The position numbers and the translations under genes are program-made. From Epithemia pelagica (Eukaryota > Protista > Bacillariophyta), in contig OX337228.1 in NCBI GenBank assembly GCA_946965045.2, forward strand, positions 5,518,001 to 5,582,000: a stretch of DNA of 64,000 bases. Direction: 5' to 3'. Below, one piece after another: positions 12,221 to 22,440 of the stretch. Position 1 is the stretch's first letter; each line of letters begins with the position of its first letter. The notes beneath the pieces were generated by a model, which saw only the letters and a list, made by a program, of their open reading frames with translations, had not been told where the DNA came from and searched no databases.

Positions 12221-12772
12221 TTATGAGTTTCCAATTTGGTGTTTGCTGTATGGACATAACGGCACAGTATCGTGAAGAGAAGCAATCACGTGTTCTCCAT
12301 TTTCGACGTGGACCTTGACATGAAACCGCTTGTCTGTTCGCGAACTTGTTGCATGCCACTCGTTCTCTTCCGGGGGAAACAGGACCTTTGAGATATCCGA
12401 AAGGTTCGATTCTGGATCGGGAGGACTCAGATTTGGTTCCGTCCGACCATGCGTCCATTCGTTTTCTGAGAAAGGCGTCGTGTCAGACAAGGGATGGTTT
12501 AGATCTCCGTTTGAATCACGGGGTGGACGCTCTATGCTGTGGTCTTGGAAAGTCGTCAAGTCATAGACAAGCTTGTGGGTTGGCTTGCCTCCGTTCCATG
12601 CCCCGCACCCAAAAATCTCGCGGGCCCGTGTCCAAAGCGACGAAGCAGGTGGTGGAGGAGGAACAGCAAACGCAGGCGGATTGGCTTCCTCCCATACAAA
12701 TGCCTCCATTACGCTATGGTTTGTTTCATTTTCCAGATTGCGAGCTCCATAGTTTGACATGGTGTGGCTCAT
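12221..12772 (-). CDS. Hypothetical protein
   Basis: 183-aa ATG ORF in an otherwise empty interval, with an internal duplicated F..ENEW motif. No family recognised. Confidence 0.45.
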   Translation of the reverse strand: MSHTMSNYGARNLENETNHSVMEAFVWEEANPPAFAVPPPPPASSLWTRAREIFGCGAWNGGKPTHKLVYDLTTFQDHSIERPPRDSNGDLNHPLSDTTPFSENEWTHGRTEPNLSPPDPESNLSDISKVLFPPEENEWHATSSRTDKRFHVKVHVENGEHVIASLHDTVPLCPYSKHQIGNS

Positions 12773-13367
12773 ATGCGTCGAGGAACTCTAGGAGAAGTAT
12801 ATCCGTCGCTATCACTTCAAGCAATGAATCATAAGAAGCAAAACCACAACATCCAACGTCAAACGTCGAAACATTTGGAACGGAAATTTTTAACCTCATT
12901 TGAATGGACAAAGGAGACAAGCACATGCTGGCGAGCCGTTGGTGGAACTCGTTCCCGAACGGGACTATCCCATGAAATTTTGAAATCCCCGCATGAGTAC
13001 CAAACTTTGTGGCATGGGTCGATCGCCATGCGTTCGCGACGGCCAGCAAGAGCCCGGGGCGTGCAATGCGTACTCTATTCGTGACCGGACTGATGCGTTT
13101 GAGACGGACGGACGAAAAGTTCGACCGCCGTCTGACTGCGCCCCACAAACGTCAAGCTATTCCAATCCAACATCAATCCTTTGCTTCGGAGCTCTTGTTG
13201 CGGCCACCGCCTTCATCGAATCCATTTGTGCCGAAGAACACTTTAGGTGAGATTCATTGCTCCAATGTGAGGCAGGATGTGGGACCAAAGTCAATGTTCC
13301 AGGGTTGTTTCTCTGTTTCCGAGAGTAGATTATTGGCTGAATCTCACACAATGTTCTGGTAGACATT

Positions 13368-13828
13368 ATGATCTCTTCAGCGTTGCGTTTCACATCCCGC
13401 CTTGCCACAAGTCGAAGCTTGGTGGCATCCAGTGCTCTCCGCCAACAACCGACCATTGGCATCACTGCAGTTCGATCCGTGGTTTCGGCCCCGCCAGTAA
13501 GTGGAAAGATTGTAGATCCTTATCTTGGTGTTCATTTTGTTCCTCACAGGTGATGGTCATACACATGGTTTAGGTGTTTTTGGATGCGAAGGAAGTGACC
13601 GACCGTATTATTGAGGTGGTGAAAAATTTCGATCAAGTTGATGGTTCCAAGGTAACTCCTGAAACAAAATTTATTGACGATCTGGGATTGGATAGCTTGG
13701 ACCAAGTCGAAGTGGTAATGGCAATTGAAGACGAATTTGCTATTGAAATTCCTGACCCAGAAGCTGATAAGATCGTCAGTATTGCGGATGCTGTTGACTT
13801 CATTAGCACACATCCCATGGCCAAATGA
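13368..13828 (+). CDS. ACP: Mitochondrial acyl carrier protein (NDUFAB1-like)
   Basis: Exons 13368-13496 and 13574-13828 (intron 13497-13573, branch-like CTCAC at 13543). It has the DLGLDSLD phosphopantetheine motif and an Arg/Ser-rich mitochondrial presequence. Confidence 0.93.
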
Positions 13829-14190
13829 ACAAATTTATTTACATAATGCTTTCGTACATCCACGGAAGGGTCCGACACTTGACGCAGCTGATACCATGGC
13901 AAAATAGGAGAGAGAATTAAACAAGTTTAGCAGAATTTTATTTCACCCAATATTTTGTCCGGATCGACAATCATGGTCTCCTTCTGCGTGTAAAGTCTTG
14001 CTAGTACAACTGTTATGCCTACTGAATATCAGAGGTAATGCAGAAAGAAGCGAACAAATGATAGAGCGCTGCGCTGACTAAGAGGCACGGAGATGACGGA
14101 CATTGAATGAAAAAGGATATATGCCACTCTACTCAAAATCAAGGATTTTTACTCTATTCGTTGATGTAAAACGTACGGGTAAGCCACCGT

Positions 14191-15822
14191 TCATCGGTTT
14201 CTTGCTATCGTTGAGTACGTATGACGCTGGTTGCTTTTCCTCTTATCCAAGAGACTGTCCAAAAATTGCACAATGGTGAACACACCACCAACAGTGGCCA
14301 TGAGTCGAATCACTAAATGCGTGAAAGGGACAACGTTCCGTTGTACTTCAACAGCAAATGGATAAATTTCATAGATGAAAAACACCCCGGGTAAGATTGA
14401 GTTCGTCTTGACATTGTGATGAGAGTGATCAGTATGCTTTCCAGATTGGCCACCCGCCTGTGCAGCAACTCGGGACGCAGAGTCACTAGTCTCTGAGTTC
14501 CCATCCTTGTTCTCTTCCTTGGTATCAACGACATGCAGGTCTTCAGTCATGTATTCTTTCATCAGTGGACGGAAACGTTCCGTAAAGAAGAACCCGTTAG
14601 TTTCTCGTCGTTGGCTGTCCATCACGTAGGTGATTGGAACAATCTTAATGAAATACTGGAAAAGGCCAGTTGTACCGTGCCTCGCTTGAACGATCTTTAT
14701 TGCGCCATTAAGTGGAGTCTCTTCCTCACCCATTTTCCCACCCGAGTTGCCGTCGTGGTGTCCTCCAAATGACAGGTGATGAATAATGTGACTTGTATTG
14801 AACTTATGAGTTTCATCGGGGTTGAATATATGCACATGCCTGCCATTCCTCTGTATTCCCTCGCCCATGGCAACGTGAAAGTTACCAGCAACTCGATTTA
14901 GCTTCATGTGGCCCACCATGTTGCATCCCTCACCAAGCGTCAACGAGGCATGTCGTGGATTAGTTGATGATTTAACCACATTTCGTCCTTCTCGGATACA
15001 CTGTTCAGCAGTTTTTAATACATCGTCGTATCTCCAGTCTTTCTTCTTGTAACTTTCAATCAGTTCATCGCAAGTGTTGCAGCACTGATCGTCTTTCGCT
15101 TGAGCGCCAAAGCATGGACCACAATAGTCTTTGGGTAAAGGTTTGTTTTGTATGTGTTGGACAACATCATCTTGTTGTTTCCGATGTTTATTTGCCACAT
15201 CGAGTTGTTGGTCTCCAGCCACAGATCCATTGGCAAATAGTCTGGTTTTGGTAATGAATGATTGATCTAGATCAAGTTGCGAATCACCTGCGACGTCCAT
15301 AATATCCATATGCAGATCAATGCATGCCAGTGCAGGGAACGTTATGTTCAAGTTCACTTGCATTTTTTGACCCAAACTTGTATCCACGACAACATGTTCG
15401 ACAGTTTTAAAATTGGCCGCTCTCCATGCCAGAGTCTCGGCCGTGCACAGGAGCACAATCACCACACATGCAACGACAAAGGCAATGCCCCCACCATCGG
15501 TTTGCACTGTAAGTTCGGTATCAACTTTTGGAAACATGAAATCCAACTTCTTGACGACATTGCGTTGTCGACCGATGCCGTCGCTGGAAAAGTCGTTCGA
15601 CCCCGTGGACTTTTTGTCGGCGTCTAGATTTCGTCGTCGGAGCATGCTTCCCTGTGAACTTCCATTCTCCGTTCCCAAACCATTGTTGGCATAACCGTAT
15701 CCGCCACTGTAGCTCGTGGAACTATACGAATTGTACATCATGTGTCCATTCGACATGACGGAACCGATAACAAGTTCCCTCCACAACGTTGCAGTAGATC
15801 GAGTGTTGGGTTTGCTACTCAT
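14191..15822 (-). CDS. ERGIC3: ER-Golgi intermediate compartment protein (ERGIC3/Erv46 family)
   Basis: Motifs: LNITFPALAC, CGPCFGA, CCNTCDE, EGCNM..NRVAGNFH, FQYFIKIVP, PGVFFIYEI. Two TM segments. Confidence 0.93.
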   Translation of the reverse strand: MSSKPNTRSTATLWRELVIGSVMSNGHMMYNSYSSTSYSGGYGYANNGLGTENGSSQGSMLRRRNLDADKKSTGSNDFSSDGIGRQRNVVKKLDFMFPKVDTELTVQTDGGGIAFVVACVVIVLLCTAETLAWRAANFKTVEHVVVDTSLGQKMQVNLNITFPALACIDLHMDIMDVAGDSQLDLDQSFITKTRLFANGSVAGDQQLDVANKHRKQQDDVVQHIQNKPLPKDYCGPCFGAQAKDDQCCNTCDELIESYKKKDWRYDDVLKTAEQCIREGRNVVKSSTNPRHASLTLGEGCNMVGHMKLNRVAGNFHVAMGEGIQRNGRHVHIFNPDETHKFNTSHIIHHLSFGGHHDGNSGGKMGEEETPLNGAIKIVQARHGTTGLFQYFIKIVPITYVMDSQRRETNGFFFTERFRPLMKEYMTEDLHVVDTKEENKDGNSETSDSASRVAAQAGGQSGKHTDHSHHNVKTNSILPGVFFIYEIYPFAVEVQRNVVPFTHLVIRLMATVGGVFTIVQFLDSLLDKRKSNQRHTYSTIARNR

Positions 15823-16128
15823 CTAGGAGGACTAAATCTCGAGGAGGTACTTACTATCGCTAGAGGATAGAGGAGGGTCATTTATTTCTCTTGACTACAC
15901 GTGGAATTGTGCTCAGACACGTCACCTACCCGTAAGTCTGCGGACGCGGACGTATGCGACTGCGATCGAGTGAATCTTCTGCACTCGCACTTCGCCCTAC
16001 TCAGCCAGTTTACGTCGTGGTCTTCGTAATGTGCAACAACACATCATCGAACCCACAACGACATACAACGAACTACGAACTACAACAAAAAGAATCTTCT
16101 CATCAACCAAAACAAAGGCACCCACAAG

Positions 16129-17286
16129 ATGATACCAAGAATACGAGGAGGATACGTCAACTCAATTATAGCTGTGGTGCTCTGCCTATCAGCATGGTGG
16201 ATAAGTTTCAGTGAGGCATTTGTTTCAGATGTTGGAGGAAAGGGCATGGTCAGGGGGCCCATTTCGCCTCCGTTGGTTGGCGGGGTCGTCGGTCCAGAAA
16301 GAAGCACTGTGAAGGAGCCTGTGACAACATCGTTCCCCAGCTCTTCGTGGAGATCACGTGTCAGTTCCCGACTCTACACTGTGGAGTCTACTCGATTCCG
16401 AGGTGCGGTACGAAGACAGAGCTCTCTCGTGATCCCGAAACACCAATTTGAACAATGGACCCACAATTTGAACAGCCTTTCTCAGTGGACACAAACGATA
16501 AAGTCTATGCAGCCTTTCAGGAGTCGGAAGGTTAGTTTCGGACTGAGACTCATGGTCTTTTTGCTACTGATAACAAGACTATTGCGAGCGGGTGGTCTAC
16601 GTTCCATCTTGATTGGGGCAGAAGAATCCGTTACTCTCTATTCAACGCTGCTGGAGACATTTCCAGTTGTCACAAAAAGTATAACGGCAGGAGTGATTGG
16701 AGGACTGGGTGATTTCTTTGCCCAATGGCTTGAGAATCGAAGGTTATCAAGGCGGGCGTCACATCCAACACTTGGTGTCGCATCATCGCACAAAACAATA
16801 CCACGGCCACAAATAGATACTGGAAACTACAACATTCGGCGAGGGCTCTCGATTGTAGCCGATGGCCTTTTCCTTTCAGGCCCATTGATGCACTTTGGTT
16901 ATGAACTGTTCGAGCACATCTGGCCCATCTCTGGGGGTGGCACTCTTGCTGCTATGCTTCATGTCGTAGCAGATACCCTTCTCCTGGATTCCATATTCAT
17001 TGCCACCACTTTTTGGTTCAGCGGCTGGTTCGAAGGATTTTCTCTGAAACAGATTCGTTCTCAATTTCGTCGTGATTACGTTGCTGCATTCAAGGCTGGG
17101 GCATTGACCAGTGTGCTTGTCATGCCAATTGAGCTCGTTTGCTTCCGGTTTCTCCCTCTTTCCTTTCGAGTTTTGGCGGTTAACTTTATTGATATAGTAT
17201 GGGATGCTGTAATAAGTTACATGGCTCACAGAAGTCGTGGTGGGGAGCACATCGGCGACGACCAAGGAGGACGACATGGTCGTTGA
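16129..17286 (+). CDS. Mpv17/PMP22 family protein with plastid-type bipartite presequence
   Basis: Motifs: PVVTKSITAGVIGGLGDFFAQ, GPLMHFGY, LPLSFRVLAVN. Signal cleavage at SEA-FVS. Confidence 0.85.
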   Translation: MIPRIRGGYVNSIIAVVLCLSAWWISFSEAFVSDVGGKGMVRGPISPPLVGGVVGPERSTVKEPVTTSFPSSSWRSRVSSRLYTVESTRFRGAVRRQSSLVIPKHQFEQWTHNLNSLSQWTQTIKSMQPFRSRKVSFGLRLMVFLLLITRLLRAGGLRSILIGAEESVTLYSTLLETFPVVTKSITAGVIGGLGDFFAQWLENRRLSRRASHPTLGVASSHKTIPRPQIDTGNYNIRRGLSIVADGLFLSGPLMHFGYELFEHIWPISGGGTLAAMLHVVADTLLLDSIFIATTFWFSGWFEGFSLKQIRSQFRRDYVAAFKAGALTSVLVMPIELVCFRFLPLSFRVLAVNFIDIVWDAVISYMAHRSRGGEHIGDDQGGRHGR

Positions 17287-17471
17287 CAGTGGCGAAGGGT
17301 GGACGGATGGACAACTCCTGTCCACCGCCACCCGCCACCCATCAACTGACTTTGATCGTCCGTGCGTCGACAGTTTTCAGCGGGCTTTGGCATCATAGAT
17401 TTGATGGCACAACACCTCATAATTTCTTCTTTGATAGCACCAGTTCTTTTTTGTCACTTGCCCCTTTCATC

Positions 17472-19322
17472 ATGACGATAAAGGCCACATCTAGATCCTC
17501 GTTGGATTCTGTTAGGGTGTTGTTGTCAGTGATCATATTGCTCTCACTGGTCAGATATGGATCGCCCTTCACAACTTTACGGCACAGACATCGGTTCACG
17601 TCGCTTCACTCGACAACCCATGAAAAGCCCGAAGCGTCGACGACACCACCTCTTCAGAAACCGATTCGACAGCACCGACTGAACCAGAAAGAGCCCGTCG
17701 TGGCTGTAGTAGGCCGACCGAACGTCGGAAAGTCAGCCTTGGTGAATCGAATTGCTGGAACCCAGTCGGGTGGTGCTATCGTCGCAGATGAGCCTGGTAT
17801 TACCCGTGATCGAACGTATCGACCGGCCGAGTTCTTGGGAGAAAAGTTTTGGCTGGTCGACACTGGAGGATTGGTTTTTGATGATGATGAGGGCACCGTC
17901 TTTGCCAAGGAGATTCGTCAACAAGCGATGATTGCAATGGAAGAAAGCTCTGCCGTAATCTTTGTGGTCGACGGACAACAGGGATTCACTGGCCTCGATT
18001 CGCAGATCGCCGATTTTCTACGAAAACAACTGAAACGGATCCCTGTTGTCCTTGCTGTGAACAAATGTGAAAGTGAGAAAACAGGTGCTCTTTCAGCAGC
18101 TGACTTTTGGCAACTGGGTCTTGGAAACCCCTACCCTGTTTCTGCACTACATGGAGTTGGAACAGCGGAATTGTTAGAGGACATGTTTCAAGGGATTATT
18201 GATAAGCAGTCCGCAGTGCATGGGTTTGGTACAAAGGTCAAACGATTATCAGAAGCCAAGTCGAATTTGAAACATAAAGGCCCTTTGCCTTGGGAAGATG
18301 AGACGGACTACAAGATGAGAAAATGGGGGATCGGCGATCCAGCACAACGAGTCATTGACGATTACGAAGCTGCTATTTCGGCGTTTGATGAGACACTCCA
18401 GCCAGAACACATCAATGTTGCCATAATCGGTCGACCTAATGTTGGAAAAAGTTCCCTCTTAAATGCCATCTTTGGTGATACGCGAGCCATTGTCTCTGAT
18501 GTTGCTGGAACCACTCGAGATTCCATTGACGCTCTCATGGAACGTCCACCATTGGTAGAGGGAGAAACACCAACCGTTTATCGTTTTATTGACACAGCAG
18601 GAATACGGCGCAAAGGGAAAGTGGATTTTGGACCAGAGTTCTTCATGGTAAACCGTGCTCTTCGGGCGATTCGCCGTGCCGATGTTGTTTTGCTTATCCT
18701 TGATGCTACAGCTGGGGTGACAGAGCAAGATAGGGTCTTGGCTCAAAAGGTATCGGATGACGGAAGAGCGTGTGTCATCATTTGTAATAAATGGGATGCT
18801 GTGGTGGACAAGGATTCTAATACATACGACAAATCGGTCAAGTATGTACGAGCAGAACTACCGCAGACTCGATGGGCCCCCATCATCTTCTTGTCGGCCG
18901 CGACCGGACAGCGTGTGGGAAAAATATATGGCGTCATTGACTCGGCCCTTGCGGCGCATAGGCGGCGTTTTCCCACAGCAATTTTGAACGAAGTTTTGCG
19001 AGATACGATTCTGTGGCAGCCGCCACCTGCAAAGCGAAATGGCTCATCTGCGAAAATCTACTATTGTCACCAAGTCAGCACTAGACCACCGACGATTGTG
19101 GTATTCTGTAACGATCCGAGCTTGTTGCCCGATAGTTACCGTCGATATATGGATCGTAAATTTCGCGAATCGCTTGACGGATTCGAGGCAACTCCCATTC
19201 GGTGGATTTTCCGTGGACGACGTGAACGCGATGTTACACGAGCAGGCGGGGGCAAAACAATGAACGGAGCACCGGGAGCTGGAGGCAGTGGGAAAAGCTT
19301 TCCATTTCCTCACGCTGATTAG
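17472..19322 (+). CDS. der: Plastid ribosome-biogenesis GTPase Der/EngA
   Basis: Two GTPase domains (GRPNVGKS twice, DTGG/DTAG, NKCE/NKWD) and a C-terminal KH-like domain. The signal peptide starts at ATG 17472. Confidence 0.95.
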   Translation: MTIKATSRSSLDSVRVLLSVIILLSLVRYGSPFTTLRHRHRFTSLHSTTHEKPEASTTPPLQKPIRQHRLNQKEPVVAVVGRPNVGKSALVNRIAGTQSGGAIVADEPGITRDRTYRPAEFLGEKFWLVDTGGLVFDDDEGTVFAKEIRQQAMIAMEESSAVIFVVDGQQGFTGLDSQIADFLRKQLKRIPVVLAVNKCESEKTGALSAADFWQLGLGNPYPVSALHGVGTAELLEDMFQGIIDKQSAVHGFGTKVKRLSEAKSNLKHKGPLPWEDETDYKMRKWGIGDPAQRVIDDYEAAISAFDETLQPEHINVAIIGRPNVGKSSLLNAIFGDTRAIVSDVAGTTRDSIDALMERPPLVEGETPTVYRFIDTAGIRRKGKVDFGPEFFMVNRALRAIRRADVVLLILDATAGVTEQDRVLAQKVSDDGRACVIICNKWDAVVDKDSNTYDKSVKYVRAELPQTRWAPIIFLSAATGQRVGKIYGVIDSALAAHRRRFPTAILNEVLRDTILWQPPPAKRNGSSAKIYYCHQVSTRPPTIVVFCNDPSLLPDSYRRYMDRKFRESLDGFEATPIRWIFRGRRERDVTRAGGGKTMNGAPGAGGSGKSFPFPHAD

Positions 19323-19801
19323 GTCAATTCAAGCTGAGAGGAGGTTACTTCATCATATCTCATCATAAATCATGCTGCATTTCTTCATCGGAAAATGGGT
19401 TAGGAATCCTTTATAATTAGTCTACTCCAACAGCAAATGGATCCTCTCAAGAGAGATAAGGGCTGGGCTTGTACTAAAGCGTAAAGGAAAGGGTCTCTTC
19501 CCAGATTGCTTGAATAGCATAGATGGTACAATAACGTAGGTAGCTACGATAGTTTGTCGGATCCCGTGGGAGCCAGGCGGGAGATTTGGTCCCGCTCGGG
19601 AACGTTTGAATCGGGAGTCGCGAACCTATTTTTAACGGATGTCACACAAAAATCGTTAACGAGATATCAAACTTGCTCTCACTCTCTTCTTGACCAAGTC
19701 CTTCCCATAAAAGAAATCTCCACTTGCTTCTGTTGCAAGCATCCTTGTCTCTTCGGACTCTTTCTTTCCTACTTACAAATCAACACCAATCGTTTCACAC
19801 A

Positions 19802-20261
19802 ATGGCAGTAAGTAGATGACATCTCAACATAAACCATACAGCAATGACAACATTTCGTCTCATCCTTTCCTCTCGTTTTGAAACGTGTCACACAGGCAGA
19901 AGGATACGACCCGCGCCGTTCCAAGGTCTCGGCCAACCGCATGGATGACTTTCGTACTGGAGAACTGACAGGCGATTTGAAAGAAGTTCCAGGAATTGGT
20001 CCTGCGGCGGTCAAACTACTCGCCGAGCAGGATATTACGAACACCTATCATCTCATTGGTGCTTACATGCGAATGGCCAACGTGACCGGGGTAAACGGTG
20101 AACAAAGTATCGATACCTATCAGCTGAACCAGGATTTCTGGTATTACCTCAAGAACTTGAAAATCAGTTCACACCGCTCCGCTATCGTTTTGGCAATTTC
20201 GGAGAAAGTCGGTAGCTCTTTCCCTGCGTTCCACGACGCCAACATCTACGATGATGAGTAG
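19802..20261 (+). CDS. Small HhH protein resembling barrier-to-autointegration factor (BAF)
   Basis: Exons 19802-19807 (ATG GCA) and 19896-20261; intron 19808-19895 (GTAAGT...CAG). DF...EVPGIGPAAVKLLAEQDITNTYHLIGAY aligns by eye to the BAF core DF...[28 protein letters not shown]. Confidence 0.7.
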
Positions 20262-20465
20262 TTGAGAAGTTGCGATGGGGTCGACGCGCTTGATTTCTTT
20301 TTACTAAGATGTAAACTATGTATCCACCGATAGTCACTGGTGGTCCGCTTTCTATCTTGAGATTTTCTCGTAGAACTGTAGGAGTAGGTCAAGTTCCCCA
20401 AATGATAGCAACCTTAGAACCATAGCAGTTGGACGGACACATTGTGTACAATGTGGCCTGCACAG

Positions 20466-21200
20466 CTACTGGAATATTGCCAAAGTAAACAAGGCCACAA
20501 ATGCCATTGCGACAAACCGTACTGAGAAAGTTGCGACAACGTCTGCCCAGAGCGTCGCTTGTGATTCTTCTTCGATTTCGGACTTGTACAAATCTATATT
20601 CGGCCGCAGATAGAAGAATTCAACAAGACAATAAACAAACGAAGCCAGTGCTAGCTTGTCGAGAACATTCGAAAAACTAGACGCCCATTCTGCTTTGGCT
20701 AGGAATCCAGGAAGAGACTCTGGAGCCACTGGTATTGCATCGCGACTGATGAAGGAATTGGACGGAGGTACAAAGCCTGGCAAGTAGTCCTGTTCTTTGA
20801 TACCTGACGCATCAATTACCTTGAGACCTTTGGCAACTAACTCCTGAACAATCTCCGGTACGTTGGGTGCTGCTGAGGGATCCGTGACTGGCTTTAATGG
20901 GGCAATCGACCGACCGGCCTCCAAGTACGGATCCGGTGGTCCGAACCAGGGATTGCTGTGTCCATGAGCAACCCCGGAAGAGTAAATTGTTGATATCAGA
21001 GCCTCTGCATGTTGCACAGAGTCGATGGCTGAATTTGACAAGTCGACGGGTGTGTGAACAAATGAGCTTGGATCAACTGCTGCCATTGGGAGAGAAGAGG
21101 AACGCCTTGGAAGATCTGAAAGTCTTGCGATGGAGAATCCGTTCGATATAACAGCACCTGATATGACGATGAATATCCATATAATGTTTTGGACGGTCAT
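20466..21200 (-). CDS. Plastid-targeted membrane protein of unknown function
   Basis: Signal cleavage at SNG-FSI, Ser/Arg-rich transit peptide, two C-terminal hydrophobic helices. Confidence 0.75.
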   Translation of the reverse strand: MTVQNIIWIFIVISGAVISNGFSIARLSDLPRRSSSLPMAAVDPSSFVHTPVDLSNSAIDSVQHAEALISTIYSSGVAHGHSNPWFGPPDPYLEAGRSIAPLKPVTDPSAAPNVPEIVQELVAKGLKVIDASGIKEQDYLPGFVPPSNSFISRDAIPVAPESLPGFLAKAEWASSFSNVLDKLALASFVYCLVEFFYLRPNIDLYKSEIEEESQATLWADVVATFSVRFVAMAFVALFTLAIFQ

Positions 21201-21558
21201 GGTTGTCGAAATTCTCTTGACAGGGACAATTTGGATATGACTGCGCCGCACAACTGCCATGAATAGCTGGCTCTCGTTGACTCCTTTCCAGTGCTTGCCA
21301 CTGCTTTTGAATCTGCTAGGTAGGTGACAAACGAAAACAGTAGCAGACCCCTTCTCGTCTTCTTCTAACGGCAGAAGTGTTGATTGTTGATGGCAATAGA
21401 ACAGATCGATGGTTATGATTTATGATGGCTGGATCGATGTGTCACTGTGGCTACACGTGGAACCAATCGGTCGCAGTAGTCAAAATCGATCGCCGAGGAT
21501 ACCATGACCATGATTGGAGTAGGTAGACAAACTTATTTTACAGCTCCATCGGATAATT

Positions 21559-22233
21559 CTACATACTTTGCCATGGGATGTCGTTCCAAGGGAAGAAACT
21601 GGGATTCCGGGGACCCAGCTCAGACAGAAAGTTCAGAGCAGCCACAAATAGGACAAGGTCTATCCAAAACCTCGTATCTGGGGCAAGCTCTGGAAAACGA
21701 TCGGCAGCACCATCCGGATCAATCGAATCCAACAGAGGATTTGGTATGACAACATCACTAAACATATCATACTCTTCATCGTCTTCGTCATCGTCGTCAT
21801 GGAAATCACGGTCGTCCAATTCGTCTTCTACATCGTAGTAGGAGCTCTGCTCGTAGTAGGATGATCCTTGCAGTTCTTCTTCTCGATCACCATCGAAGCG
21901 ATTACGACGTGACGAGCCACGCCGGGGAACAGGTACCTTTTCCCAGTATTCATCGTCATCGTCCTCATCATCGTCATAGTACCGATCATTGTCTCGTTTC
22001 ATCTGCAGTAGAGGATACCGTCCTGTCATGACAGTGTCAAGGTACTTGAGGTTCGAATGAACATTCCTTCGGGTGATTGCTGCGTTCTCTATGAAGCCAT
22101 AAGGATGGCGGTGAGCTGATGTGATAGTTGCAACTAGGAGAAACCGTAGCATCCAAAGGTATGGGATTCGTCGACACATTCTGTCAATCATGGCCGAATG
22201 CCCCACAGAACATTTTGTACAGAACGGCGGCAT
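21559..22233 (-). CDS. Hypothetical acidic protein with N-terminal hydrophobic segment and C-terminal TM helix
   Basis: 224-aa ORF with an Asp/Glu/Tyr-rich core and an NPLLDSIDPDG..RFPEL..FWIDLVLF tail. Confidence 0.7.
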   Translation of the reverse strand: MPPFCTKCSVGHSAMIDRMCRRIPYLWMLRFLLVATITSAHRHPYGFIENAAITRRNVHSNLKYLDTVMTGRYPLLQMKRDNDRYYDDDEDDDDEYWEKVPVPRRGSSRRNRFDGDREEELQGSSYYEQSSYYDVEDELDDRDFHDDDDEDDEEYDMFSDVVIPNPLLDSIDPDGAADRFPELAPDTRFWIDLVLFVAALNFLSELGPRNPSFFPWNDIPWQSM

Positions 22234-22440
22234 TTTCGACGGACGCGAGCGACTTGAGTCGACGGACGGTCAACGGTCAGGCCCTTTTCGTGATTGAGAT
22301 GAAATGATGGGACTCGTATCTTGGGGGTCGTCTGTCTTTTTGGTTCGACGAGCATCTTCTCCCACCATTGTGAATCCTCAAAAGAGCATTGTGCTCAACA
22401 ACGATCTATTACACAAGAGCAAGTGTATTACAGCATTCAT

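Noticed and set aside
13498-13573. Alternative acceptor at 13549 or a GDGHTHG mini-exon in ACP
   Set aside because: The acceptor at 13549 gives an immediate in-frame stop, and no donor supplies the phase needed for GDGHTHG. The 13573 acceptor gives a clean ACP.
17199-17471. Upstream extension of the Der ORF overlapping the Mpv17 stop
   Set aside because: The signal peptide begins at ATG 17472; the extension is an open frame without coding features.
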